The notes under the pieces: generated by a model | What the model saw: only the letters and a program-made list of their open reading frames with translations | Database searches by the model: none | Told to the model about the DNA's origin: nothing | Position numbers and translations under genes: made by a program | Source: Pseudomonadota bacterium | GTDB lineage: Bacteria; Bdellovibrionota_B; Oligoflexia; Oligoflexales; CAIYRB01 | DNA: 64,000 nt | Assembly: GCA_031416315.1 (NCBI GenBank) | Contig: JANOTL010000153.1 | Span: 32,001 to 96,000, forward strand | Direction: 5' to 3' | In this document: positions 20,846-30,067 of the stretch, piece by piece | How the letters are laid out: the number at the start of each line of letters is the position of its first letter | Position numbering within the stretch: position 1 is the first letter of the stretch

Positions 20846-22155
20846 CCCGATCGCCGGCTCAGGAATCACCCGCCCCCCCCGGCCGGGCGATTCCTGATAT
20901 GCTCGCATCATCGTCAACAGAAATGGATGGGGCCACTTTGCGAAGGACTTTCTTGAGTCTTGCCGTCGGCGTCTCGACGGCCGGCGCCGCGATCATCGGA
21001 GTCACGGCCTGTAAAAACCGCGCCAACGCCGAGGAATCGACGCTCCGCAGTGAGGCCGCGCCGCCCGCAGCGGCAAGCTGCGAGCCGGTCGTCGCCGCCG
21101 ACGGAAAGGCCGTTTCCTCCACCTCCCTCAGCGCGTTGATCGCGCGGGCGAAGAACCCGGCCTGCAAAGCCCGTTTTCTCCAGCTGCCGCTCGTCCGTCA
21201 GACCAAAGGGTTTACGTGCGGCGCCGCGTCCCTGAAGTCGATCCTCTTCTATTTCGGGGATTTCATCGCGGAGACGGAGCTTCAGCGCATCCTTCGTTCG
21301 CACAAGGAAAACGGCACCTCGTTCAAGCGCATCATCCGTCTGGTGAGTGCTTTGAACGACAAGGCCTCACGCGAAAAGATCGCCGGGATGTACGGTTTCG
21401 ACTCGAAAGTCGACCTCAGCGAGCTCGAGCTCGTTCTGAACGACCCGGCAGTGCTAGCCGCGATCAAGGCGAAGGCTGGATCGAACGCGACGTTCGCGTC
21501 CGTCGTAAAGGGGATCGAGGCCTTGCGCACGGACGCACTGGACATCGATTCGATGGGCAGCCTCTCGACCGGGCTTGGCCTGACCGAAGGCGCCGAGCCG
21601 GTCGACTCCGGCCACCGCGTTCAGCCGCGCCTTCCAGTCGAGGCGGAGCCCCATCAGAACACGTACTCGACGAAGCTCTTTTTCGAGCCTCGACCATACG
21701 ATCCCAGCGGCCCCCGGCCCGAGGGTTGCCCCGCCGAGGCTCCCCCGGCCGTGGCGGGAAGCGTCGGGAAGACGCGGGCGATGACGCTCGGCGACTTGAC
21801 CCAGGCCATCGACGAGGGCAGCCCGGTTCTGGCGTTGACGCAGGCGTGGTCCTTCACCAACGACAAAGACTACGATTTGGCGGAATACTCGAAGTCCTGG
21901 TACTCAGGGCACTACGTCGTCGTGATCGGCTACGACGAAAAAAACATCTACTACATGGATCCGTACGACATGGGCCATTACGCCTTCCTTCCGAAGGCGG
22001 AGTGGGAGCGCCGTTGGCATGACTACGACGGCCTCCTGGCCGCTGACGGCACGACGCGCTGCCCTGGAGGGACCGAGCTCGAGCACTTCGGCCTCGTCAT
22101 CTCCCGCTCCGGCGGCCCGGCATACCGCCCCGACCTCATCACGAAGATGTACTGA
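20842..22155 (+). CDS. Secreted or lipoprotein C39-like cysteine peptidase (true start probably later)
   Basis: Q....TCGAASL, GHYVVVIGYD, YYMDP; LRRTFL and TAC in the leader. Confidence 0.8.
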   Translation: MTRSPAQESPAPPGRAIPDMLASSSTEMDGATLRRTFLSLAVGVSTAGAAIIGVTACKNRANAEESTLRSEAAPPAAASCEPVVAADGKAVSSTSLSALIARAKNPACKARFLQLPLVRQTKGFTCGAASLKSILFYFGDFIAETELQRILRSHKENGTSFKRIIRLVSALNDKASREKIAGMYGFDSKVDLSELELVLNDPAVLAAIKAKAGSNATFASVVKGIEALRTDALDIDSMGSLSTGLGLTEGAEPVDSGHRVQPRLPVEAEPHQNTYSTKLFFEPRPYDPSGPRPEGCPAEAPPAVAGSVGKTRAMTLGDLTQAIDEGSPVLALTQAWSFTNDKDYDLAEYSKSWYSGHYVVVIGYDEKNIYYMDPYDMGHYAFLPKAEWERRWHDYDGLLAADGTTRCPGGTELEHFGLVISRSGGPAYRPDLITKMY

Positions 22156-22226
22156 GCCTCCCTGCGATCCGGCCGCGCGAAAACGCTCAAAACGTTCTAG
22201 ACTGCGGCAAGACCAGGAGAGTTTTC

Positions 22227-22865
22227 ATGAAGAAAATCGATGTCACCCGCACCATCAGCGCCGTTATCCGCGAGGTCGTGAGCCGCGAGCACGAGGGTAA
22301 GCCCGTGCAGGTCGTGATCGCCACCCGTACGTTCGAGACGACCGGCGAGGACCTGTGGGATGCGCTCACCAACGAAGAGCGCATCCCGCGCTGGTTCCTG
22401 CCCATCTCCGGCGACCTGCGCGTCGGCGGTCGTTATCAGTTTCTAGGCAATGCCGGCGGCACGATCACGCGCTGTGAGCCGCAGCGCTACGTCTCCGTCA
22501 CCTGGGAGTTCGGCGGCTCGGTCAGCTGGGTCAGCGTCCGCCTCACGCCCGACAAGAAGGGCACCTGCCTCGAGCTCGAGCACATCCAGCCGGGCGGCAA
22601 CGAGCGCTGGGAGCAATTCGGCCCGGGCGCGGTCGGCGTGGGTTGGGACCTCGGCCTGATGGGCCTCGGCGAGCACCTGGCGACCAAGGCGATGGTGAAG
22701 AAGGAAGACGCCGTCGCCTGGTCGGCCTCGGAAGAGGGCAAGGATTTCGTGCGGCGCAGCAGCGAGGACTGGTGTCGAGCGGCAATCGCGGCCGGCGCGC
22801 CTGCGACGCGAGCGAAGGCGGCCGCGGCGCGGACGACGGCTGCTTACAATGCGGAAAAGCGCTGA
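22227..22865 (+). CDS. SRPBCC/AHSA1-like protein
   Basis: DLWDALT..ERIPRWF.P.SGDL..GG.YQ..GNAGG; GPGAVGVGW. Confidence 0.9.
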   Translation: MKKIDVTRTISAVIREVVSREHEGKPVQVVIATRTFETTGEDLWDALTNEERIPRWFLPISGDLRVGGRYQFLGNAGGTITRCEPQRYVSVTWEFGGSVSWVSVRLTPDKKGTCLELEHIQPGGNERWEQFGPGAVGVGWDLGLMGLGEHLATKAMVKKEDAVAWSASEEGKDFVRRSSEDWCRAAIAAGAPATRAKAAAARTTAAYNAEKR

Positions 22866-22900
22866 TCTACGATCGGCAGCTCACCGCATCACAGCTTCGA

Positions 22901-24322
22901 TTACGGGCAAGTGCCTGGCTGGTCCGCGCCGCCTTGCCCTTGGCATTCAGCGCCGTTGGCGCACTGGATGTTCGCGAGCCCGCCGCAAGCGCCGCCCGAG
23001 GCGCCCCATTCCGGCTGCGTTCCCGCGGCCTGGCAGGTTCCCGGCTCATCGCCCGCGCCCGCGCCGACGCACTGCGAGCCTTCGCCGCACGTAAAGCCGA
23101 CGAAGCCGCCGCACGGTCCGCCGCGCTCGCCCCAGTTCGGCTGGCCGTTGTTCTTCTCGCAGCGGCCCGGCTGATCCGCGGGTCCCGAGCCGCGGCAAAG
23201 GAGCCCCGCGTTGCAGGGAAAACCGACGAAGCCGCCGCAGAAGCCGCCTTCCTCACCGTACTGCGGCTGGTTCGCTAGCTTCTGGCAGCTGCCCGGTTGG
23301 TCGGCGAGACCTTGGCCCGCGCAGGTGAGGCCGGATTTGCACGCGATGCCGGCGAAGCCGCCGCATGCGCCGCCTTCGACGACGCCTTCGTCCGCCGCGC
23401 TCGCCGCGAATCCGGCGACCTTCTTCACGCACTTGCCCGGCTTGTCGGCGGGACCCGCGCCCTTGCACTGGAGCCCGGCCTTGCAGGAAATGCCGGCGAA
23501 ACCGCCGCAGGAGCCGCCCTCGACGCCCCACTTGTCCGCGCCGCCGTTCGTCGCGCCGCCGCCGGCGGTCGCGCCGCCCGTCGCCTTCAAGCACTTGCCC
23601 GGCTTGTCGGCGGGGCCGGAGCCCACGCATTTCAGGCCCGATTTACAGGCAAATCCGGCGAAGCCGCCGCAGCTGCCGTTCTCTTCGCCCCAGGTCGGAC
23701 CCGCGGGAGTCGCGGGCGCGGTCGAACCGCCGCCGGTGCTGCCGCCGGTCTTTTGCACGCACTTTCCGGGTTTGTCGGCCGGCCCGGCGCCGACGCAGGC
23801 GAGCCCGGTCTTGCAGGTGAAGCCGGCGAAACCGCCGCAGCTCCCGCCTTCCTCGCCCCAAGTCGAGCCGCTCGTCGGCGGCGGCGAGGTCGAGCCCGCG
23901 GTCGAGCCGGCGTTCGGGTCGTCGACGCACTTGCCGCCGGAGTCGCCGAGGCCGCCGCCGGACTGCTTGCACTTCAAGCCGGTGTTACACTTGATCGCGC
24001 CGAAGCCGCCGCAAAACTCGCCCTTCTTTGCCCCGGGGCCATCCTCGGCCGCGGGGCCGCCAGCGCCGCCGGCGACCGCATTCGGATTTTTCACGCATTT
24101 GCCGCCGGCGTCGCCGAGGCCGCCGCCGGACTGCTTGCACTTCAAGCCGTCGGCGCACTTGATGCCGCCGAAGCCGCCGCAGAATTCGCCCTCGCCCGCG
24201 TTGGCGCCGCCGGCCTCGACGCCGTCTTCGCTGCGCAGGCGCGCGCTATCGGCGGATTTACAGGCGAACGTCGTCACGACGGACGCCAATGCAGCGGCGA
24301 GGAAAAGCGTTGCGGCTCTCAA
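22901..24322 (-). CDS. Cys-rich repeat lipoprotein (nine CGG-C-C-C modules)
   Basis: TTG start after AAGGAG; FAC lipobox; nine units resembling G..CGGF.G..C..GL.C......D..G.C. Confidence 0.85.
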   Translation of the reverse strand: MRAATLFLAAALASVVTTFACKSADSARLRSEDGVEAGGANAGEGEFCGGFGGIKCADGLKCKQSGGGLGDAGGKCVKNPNAVAGGAGGPAAEDGPGAKKGEFCGGFGAIKCNTGLKCKQSGGGLGDSGGKCVDDPNAGSTAGSTSPPPTSGSTWGEEGGSCGGFAGFTCKTGLACVGAGPADKPGKCVQKTGGSTGGGSTAPATPAGPTWGEENGSCGGFAGFACKSGLKCVGSGPADKPGKCLKATGGATAGGGATNGGADKWGVEGGSCGGFAGISCKAGLQCKGAGPADKPGKCVKKVAGFAASAADEGVVEGGACGGFAGIACKSGLTCAGQGLADQPGSCQKLANQPQYGEEGGFCGGFVGFPCNAGLLCRGSGPADQPGRCEKNNGQPNWGERGGPCGGFVGFTCGEGSQCVGAGAGDEPGTCQAAGTQPEWGASGGACGGLANIQCANGAECQGQGGADQPGTCP

Positions 24323-24425
24323 GGGACACTCCTTCGATGCGGGCGGATCTCGCACCATTTTGCGGTGCCCCGGCCTGAATTTCAAATGATTTACATTCCG
24401 AGAGGCGCCACGTAACGTAGCGTTC

Positions 24426-24926
24426 ATGCGTGGAGACCTCGTGACCGAGCCGAAGCCGAAGAAGCAGCCGCCGCCCCCAGCTCTCGAGCTGCGAGACGTA
24501 CCGGTGAAAGGCCGCGGCGTATTCGCCGTACGCGACTTCGCCAAAGGCGAGGAAGTTCTGCAGTTCGTCGGCGACACGAAGGACGTGAAGGAATTCGCGG
24601 ACCTCACGTACGCGCTCCAGATTGGACCGACGACCTACCTAGGCCCGTCCGGACGGATCGACGATTACGTGAATCACTCCTGCGATCCGAACACGGGCGT
24701 GCGCGATCCCGACGGCCGCGTCGTGCTCTTCGCGCTGGAGGCGATCGCCAAAGGCGACGAGATCACCTTCGACTATTCGACGACGCAGGCGGGTCAGCAC
24801 TGGCCGATCAGCTGCGCATGCGGCTCCGCCAACTGCCGCGGCACCATCGGTGACTTCGCCGATTTGCCGCAGGAGCGGCAGCGCTACTTCCGGGATCGCG
24901 GCGCGCTCCTCGACTACCTTAAGTAG
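24426..24926 (+). CDS. SET-domain protein-lysine methyltransferase
   Basis: KGRGVFA, VNHSCDPN, GDEITFDY, post-SET CACGSANCRG. Confidence 0.92.
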   Translation: MRGDLVTEPKPKKQPPPPALELRDVPVKGRGVFAVRDFAKGEEVLQFVGDTKDVKEFADLTYALQIGPTTYLGPSGRIDDYVNHSCDPNTGVRDPDGRVVLFALEAIAKGDEITFDYSTTQAGQHWPISCACGSANCRGTIGDFADLPQERQRYFRDRGALLDYLK

Positions 24927-25788
24927 TTTTCAGCTTGACCTCGTAAAGGTCGATCCGCCGATCGTTCCAATTCTTCACGGTCCCGTGGGTTCGCGCTTGC
25001 TCCAAGAGCGCGAGGTCGATCTCCTCGACGAGCACCGCTTCGACGTTCGCCGACGCCTCGCCGGCGACGCCATCGCGCGCGAACCCGTGATCGGACGGCG
25101 TCAGCACCGCTGACCGAGCATAGTGGACGTCCATGTCGACGACACCACGCAGATTGCCGACGACGCCCGCCGTCACGACGTAGATCTGGTTCTCGATGCA
25201 ACGCGCTTGCGCGCAGTAGCGCACCCGGAGGAAGCCCCGGCGATCGTCGGTGCAAAACGGCACGAAAATGAGCCTCGCGCCGCGCTCCACTTGCAGCCGT
25301 GCCAGCTCGGGAAACTCGACATCGTAACAGACTTGGGTCGCCACCTTGCCGAAGGTCGTGTCGAACACGTTGACCGCATGGCCCGGAGCGATGCCCCACG
25401 TCGCGCGCTCGCTGGGCGTCACGTGGATCTTCGGCTGCGTTTCGTGGCGACCGTCCGGGTGAAAGAAATAGGAGACGTTGCGCACGGCGCCGTCCGCCTC
25501 AGTCGTGAAATGCGAGCCGCCGATGATGTGCATTTTGAGCCGCAGCGCTTCGGCACGGAAGAAGGCGAGGTAGCGCTCGGTGTACTGATGCAGGATTCGC
25601 GGCGCTTCCTGCGGTTTGGCGTCCGGATGCAGCGCGAGGAGCTGACACGTCAGCATCTCGGGAAACACCGCGAACTGGGCGCCGTAGCCGGCCGCGCTTT
25701 CAAGGAGGGCGCGACAGGTCCGCGCGAACTCTTCAAAGCTGCCGAGCGGGCGCATTTCGTATTGTAAAGCAGCGACACGACAGCGCAT
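24919..25788 (-). CDS. Carbon-nitrogen hydrolase (nitrilase superfamily)
   Basis: VFPE, K.H.TP.E, CYDVEFPE (E-K-C triad). Confidence 0.92.
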   Translation of the reverse strand: MRCRVAALQYEMRPLGSFEEFARTCRALLESAAGYGAQFAVFPEMLTCQLLALHPDAKPQEAPRILHQYTERYLAFFRAEALRLKMHIIGGSHFTTEADGAVRNVSYFFHPDGRHETQPKIHVTPSERATWGIAPGHAVNVFDTTFGKVATQVCYDVEFPELARLQVERGARLIFVPFCTDDRRGFLRVRYCAQARCIENQIYVVTAGVVGNLRGVVDMDVHYARSAVLTPSDHGFARDGVAGEASANVEAVLVEEIDLALLEQARTHGTVKNWNDRRIDLYEVKLKTT

Positions 25789-25809
25789 TTCAACACCCTG
25801 CAAATTTGG

Positions 25810-25836
25810 ATTGTGCAAAATTCAATTGTGTGCGAT
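25810..25836. promoter_or_regulatory. Putative OhrR operator
   Basis: AT-rich tandem imperfect palindromes ATTGTGCAAAAT-TCA-ATTGTGTGCGAT upstream of ohrR-ohr. Confidence 0.55.
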
Positions 25837-25859
25837 CTTTCTGGTGTCGGAGGTGCTTC

Positions 25860-26309
25860 GTGAATCCGCGAGAGCTACTGAAAATCGAGAACCAATTCTG
25901 TTTCGCGGCTTACGCCGTCTCGCGGGCGGTGATGCAGGCTTACGAGCCCCTCCTCGCCGATCTTGATCTGACGTACCCACAATACCTTGCGATGCTGGTT
26001 TTGTGGGAGCGCGACGACATCACGCTGAAAGACCTAGGCGATAAGCTCCGCCTGGACTCTGGGACCCTGACCCCCCTTTTGAAGCGTCTCGAAGGCAAAG
26101 GCCTCCTGACCCGCAGCCGGTCGAAGACCGATGAGCGCGCCTTGGAGATCGTCCTCACCGCCGCCGGAAAGAGGCTGCGCCAAAAAGCTCTAAAAGTGCC
26201 GGAAAATCTGGTTTGCCGGCTCAACACCCCGCTCGTGCGCGTCATCAAGCTACGCGACGACCTCAACGAACTGCTCCGTGCCATGGAGCAACAAGGAGAT
26301 ACCGTATGA
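25860..26309 (+). CDS. ohrR: MarR-family organic hydroperoxide regulator
   Basis: QFCFAAY (sensor Cys), LTYPQYL, LDSGTLTPLLKRLE, DER; GTG after GGAGG. Confidence 0.92.
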   Translation: MNPRELLKIENQFCFAAYAVSRAVMQAYEPLLADLDLTYPQYLAMLVLWERDDITLKDLGDKLRLDSGTLTPLLKRLEGKGLLTRSRSKTDERALEIVLTAAGKRLRQKALKVPENLVCRLNTPLVRVIKLRDDLNELLRAMEQQGDTV

Positions 26310-26719
26310 AAGCTCTCTATACTGCGTCAGTTCATATCGATGGCGGCCGCGACGGTAAAGTCCACTCCTCGGACGACATGCTCAACCTGTCCCTCGGGAT
26401 GGCGAAAGAGCTCGGCGGCGGCGGCAAAGGCGCCAACCCTGAGCAGTTCTTCGCCGCGGGCTACGGCGCCTGCTTCGAGTCGGCCGTCCGCCACGTCGCC
26501 CGCACCAAGAAAATCGCGGTGACCAAATCTTCGGTCGACGCGGAGGTCGACCTCCATAATCGCGAAGAAGGCGGCTTCAACCTGGCCGTGCGCCTGAAGG
26601 TGAGCCTCCCCGAGCTCGACCGCGCGACGGCCCAAGCACTCCTCGACGCCGCGCACCAGGTCTGTCCGTACTCCAACGCAACGCGCGGCAACATCCCGGT
26701 CGAGATCACCCTCGTCTGA
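26306..26719 (+). CDS. ohr: Organic hydroperoxide resistance protein
   Basis: GGRDG, NPEQFFAAGYGACF, AHQVCPYSNATRGN. Confidence 0.96.
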   Translation: MKALYTASVHIDGGRDGKVHSSDDMLNLSLGMAKELGGGGKGANPEQFFAAGYGACFESAVRHVARTKKIAVTKSSVDAEVDLHNREEGGFNLAVRLKVSLPELDRATAQALLDAAHQVCPYSNATRGNIPVEITLV

Positions 26720-26979
26720 GTCCCGCGTGCCGCGGCGCGTCGGTCGAGGCGGCCTTCGGCGAGCTGAAGCCGGGCCGTCTCGACGCCGACGTCGCCACCG
26801 CTGAAATGCAGCGCTGATCAGGAGCGCACTTTTTGCGCCGCGACCTCGATCATGCTCACCACGGCGGCGACATCCTTCGCCGACGCGCAGCGGAACTCGA
26901 TCCAGTCAGCCGCCGAGCCTTTCGCTTTGAGCTTCACTTGCGTTCTCCGCTATCATCGTCGCACGCGATGGGAGCGTCG

Positions 26980-28287
26980 ATGAACAAGACCAGGGTGCTA
27001 GTCGTAGCACGTCTTTGCAACCCCGAATGGTCGAGCGTCCCGTTCGTCGGCTGGAACCACGCGCGCGCGCTAAGAGACGTCGCCGACGTTCACCTGGTGA
27101 CCCATTGGGAGAATCGTGAGGCGATCGACCGCAGCGACTGGCCGAAAGCAACGGTCACTTACGTCGAGCGTACCCGCTTCGACGACCTCTTCTACTGGTT
27201 CCTGCGCAACGTATTCAAGCATCAGTTCGGCAAGGTCTCGCTCACAGCGTTCTCCCTGCCGTTTTACTGGCTCTTCGAGCGCATGGTGTGGAAGGCGTTT
27301 GCCGCTCGCCTGAAAGCCAAAGAGTTCGACGTCGTCCACCGCTTGACGCCGATGAGTCCCGTCACTGCCGGCTCGCTGGCAAAACGTTGTGAACGGACCG
27401 GCGTGCCCTTCATCCTCGGCCCGATCAACGGCGGCCTTCCGTGGCCAGCGGGCTATCCCAGCGCCGCCGAGAAAGAGCGCGAGTGGCTCTCGTCGCTGCG
27501 CTTTCTCTATGGTCTTCTGCCGTTCGTCGGCTCGACCCGTCGCGCGGCGCGCGCTCTGGTCGTCGCGTCGCGCAATACGTGGTCGCAAATCCCGGGGCGC
27601 ATGCGCGCCAAGCTCTTCTACGTCCCCGAGAACGCGATCTTCGCCGCACAAGTCGAGCCGGAGCGCCAAACCGCGGCGCAATCGCCGCTACGCGTCGTCT
27701 TTTTGGGCCGTCTGGTTCCGTATAAATGTTGCGATCTCGTCATCAAAGCCTGCGTCCCCCTCCTGAAAAGCGGCAAAGTCCTGCTCGACGTGATCGGCTG
27801 GGGCTCCGAGCGACCCGTGCTCGAAGCGCTCGCGAAGGAGCTCGGCGTCACCGACACCGTGCGCTTCACCGGCGAGTTGCAGCACGCCTCGGCCCTTGCC
27901 CGACTCAGCGAGAACGCGGTTTTCGCTTTCCCCTCGATCCGGGAGTTCGGCGGCGCGGTCGTCGTCGAAGCCATGGCGCGCGGCGTCGTCCCGCTCGTCA
28001 TCGACTACGGCGGGCCGGGCGAGATGGTCGTCCCGGGCACGGGCTATCTTTTGCCGCTGTCGAACGAGCACGAAACGACCCGGCAGATGACGGAGATCTT
28101 GACCAAGATCGCCGCGCAGCCCGCCGCGCTGCTGCCGATGGCCGCGCGCGCGCGCAAGCACGTGCTTTCAGAATGGACCTGGGAAGCGAAAGCGCAAAAG
28201 AGCTTGGCCATCTATGATTTTGTCCTCGGTCGCGCGCCGCGTCCCGCGCTGGTGCCTCCGACCGGACTGAAAGGCTCGACACCATGA
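26980..28287 (+). CDS. Glycosyltransferase family 4
   Basis: FLGRLVPYK, FPSIREFGGAVVVEAMA, DYGGPGE. Confidence 0.9.
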   Translation: MNKTRVLVVARLCNPEWSSVPFVGWNHARALRDVADVHLVTHWENREAIDRSDWPKATVTYVERTRFDDLFYWFLRNVFKHQFGKVSLTAFSLPFYWLFERMVWKAFAARLKAKEFDVVHRLTPMSPVTAGSLAKRCERTGVPFILGPINGGLPWPAGYPSAAEKEREWLSSLRFLYGLLPFVGSTRRAARALVVASRNTWSQIPGRMRAKLFYVPENAIFAAQVEPERQTAAQSPLRVVFLGRLVPYKCCDLVIKACVPLLKSGKVLLDVIGWGSERPVLEALAKELGVTDTVRFTGELQHASALARLSENAVFAFPSIREFGGAVVVEAMARGVVPLVIDYGGPGEMVVPGTGYLLPLSNEHETTRQMTEILTKIAAQPAALLPMAARARKHVLSEWTWEAKAQKSLAIYDFVLGRAPRPALVPPTGLKGSTP

Positions 28288-28758
28288 GATCAGACGCCCG
28301 TCCCGTCTTCGTCCTTGGCAGCAACCGCATCCCGTTTGTGAAGAGTCAGACGAGCTATGCCGAAGTCGAGCGGAAGGACCTTCTCGTCGCGGCGCTCGAC
28401 GGTCTCGTCGACCGTTTCGGCTTGCAGGGAAAATTGATCGGCGACACGGCGCTCGGCGCCGTCATCAACAGCGTTCGTGACTTCAATTTGGCGCGCGAAG
28501 CGCTGCTCTCGACGAAGCTCCACCCGGAGTCACCGGCGTATAACGTTCAGCGCGCCTGCGGTACGGGCCTAGAGACGACCTGGCAGATCGGCCTGAAGCT
28601 CCACGCCGGCGCCATTTCCGTCGGCATCGCTGGCGGCGTCGATACAAACAGCGACGTACCGCTCGAGCTGTCGAAACGCGCGCGCGACGTGCTCATGGCG
28701 CTGAATCGCGCGAAGACCTTGCCCGACAAAGCCAAATCTCTGCTGAAGATGTCGCTCG
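28284..28758 (+). pseudogene. Acetyl-CoA C-acyltransferase (thiolase), N-terminal fragment
   Basis: RIPFVKS, NLARE, QRACGTGL (catalytic Cys), IAGGVD; similarity stops after about 158 aa. Confidence 0.88.
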
Positions 28759-28968
28759 GCGCGCGTCTTCGCCATCGACATGACGCGCTGCCCACGGTGC
28801 GGCGCAGCACTCGCGCCCGAAGATTGCGAACTCGTCACCGCGCCGTTTATCGTCCAGGCGGTGCTCCATGCGCTCGAACTCTATGGACGCGCGCCGGTGT
28901 TCCTTTGCACGCTATTCCAGACCGAAATTCTTACGTTCGTCGGGACGGATGTTCTCGCGCTCCGTTGA
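28759..28968 (+). mobile_element. Remnant of an IS91/ISCR-like transposase C-terminus
   Basis: ARVFAIDMTRCPRCG...P.IVQAVLHAL...RAP resembles the RVF.ID...CP.CG...RAPP tail. Confidence 0.6.
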
Positions 28969-29165
28969 TCGGACCCGCAAGTAATTTAGTGACGAGCTCA
29001 CTCCGACGCTTGGTTGCCTTGGGCCGCTTCTGCGCAACAACGCGTCATTGAACTGATGGAAATGGTACCTCAAACGCATTGACACATTCCGCTGTACTAT
29101 GAGAAAAGTTGACACTGCCCGAAATATGTTTTGCCTATTTGATCCAACACAAAGAGTTGAACAAG

Positions 29166-29603
29166 ATGTGTAGTCAAACTATTTGTCTGACGATTTTCCT
29201 GGTGACAATAATGGGCTGCAAAACATCGAGTAACAATTCCTTTAGCAAAGACATTATTGGAGATGGCACAACTGCCATTTGCAACGATGGCGATGGTTTC
29301 GAGTTTACCAATGATCTCGAAATTAAATTCAAACAGGCATCTACCAAGAAAGTATGTGCGTTAAAAAAAGGCGAATATTTTTGCCTTTATTTTTCAAATT
29401 CGGCTGTTTGTGATCATCTCAACCCAGGCACGACGACGTTTCTTGGTACGCGTCAATCAGAATATTTCTTAACACTAAACGGTAAAACCACTGCTGAATT
29501 TGAATTTAGCTCAGATAAAATCAGATATGTATGCGGTGGGGGCTATACAACTTGCGATTTAGACTTGTCTGGCCTGGTACCAAAGGTTGTGCTCAGGCCG
29601 TAA
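29166..29603 (+). CDS. AT-rich hypothetical Cys-containing lipoprotein
   Basis: Visibly AT-rich against the GC-rich background; MGCK lipobox-like site. Confidence 0.65.
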   Translation: MCSQTICLTIFLVTIMGCKTSSNNSFSKDIIGDGTTAICNDGDGFEFTNDLEIKFKQASTKKVCALKKGEYFCLYFSNSAVCDHLNPGTTTFLGTRQSEYFLTLNGKTTAEFEFSSDKIRYVCGGGYTTCDLDLSGLVPKVVLRP

Positions 29604-30067
29604 CTCGAAGTGCGGCGGCTCCCAGTCGACCGTCATGGCCGACGGTCAACGGCTGGCGGGCGTATTAGTCGTGTTGATCGCCGCGGCATCAAGCGCTGAG
29701 AGGTCGTCGATGCCGGTGTACTGCAGAAACTTTGTGCCGGTCGTCCGCGCGTTGCCGTCCGTGAAAACGACTCCCGCTCGCGTCAAAAGAGGCATGCCGT
29801 TGACCTCGGCAGAATTGTCCTGAGCAAAGGTCGCTCCTCCCTCTGCCTTGATGTGCGTAAGCATCAGCCCGCGCGCGTCTCGACGCGCCGACTTCCGTGC
29901 GGAAGCGTGACGGTGGGCGCGGCCTGATCGCGGAGTTGCGCCGCATTCGCGGCGCCGTCGTGGCGAGCGTCGACTATGCCCCCCGCAAACCGTTGAGCAG
30001 AGCCCTTGGTCGCTTCGGCAATAGCGTCACCACGTAGCTACGTAAGCGCTCTACGTTCCCAGCTTGA

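Noticed and set aside
22901..24200. Repeated DNA as a possible CRISPR array
   Set aside because: Repeats are degenerate, in frame and encode the Cys modules; no constant repeat-spacer pattern and no cas genes
29857..29880. GTAAGC as a second IS66 end
   Set aside because: Only 6 bp match; the rest of the IR is absent and it lies inside the CheB-like fragment
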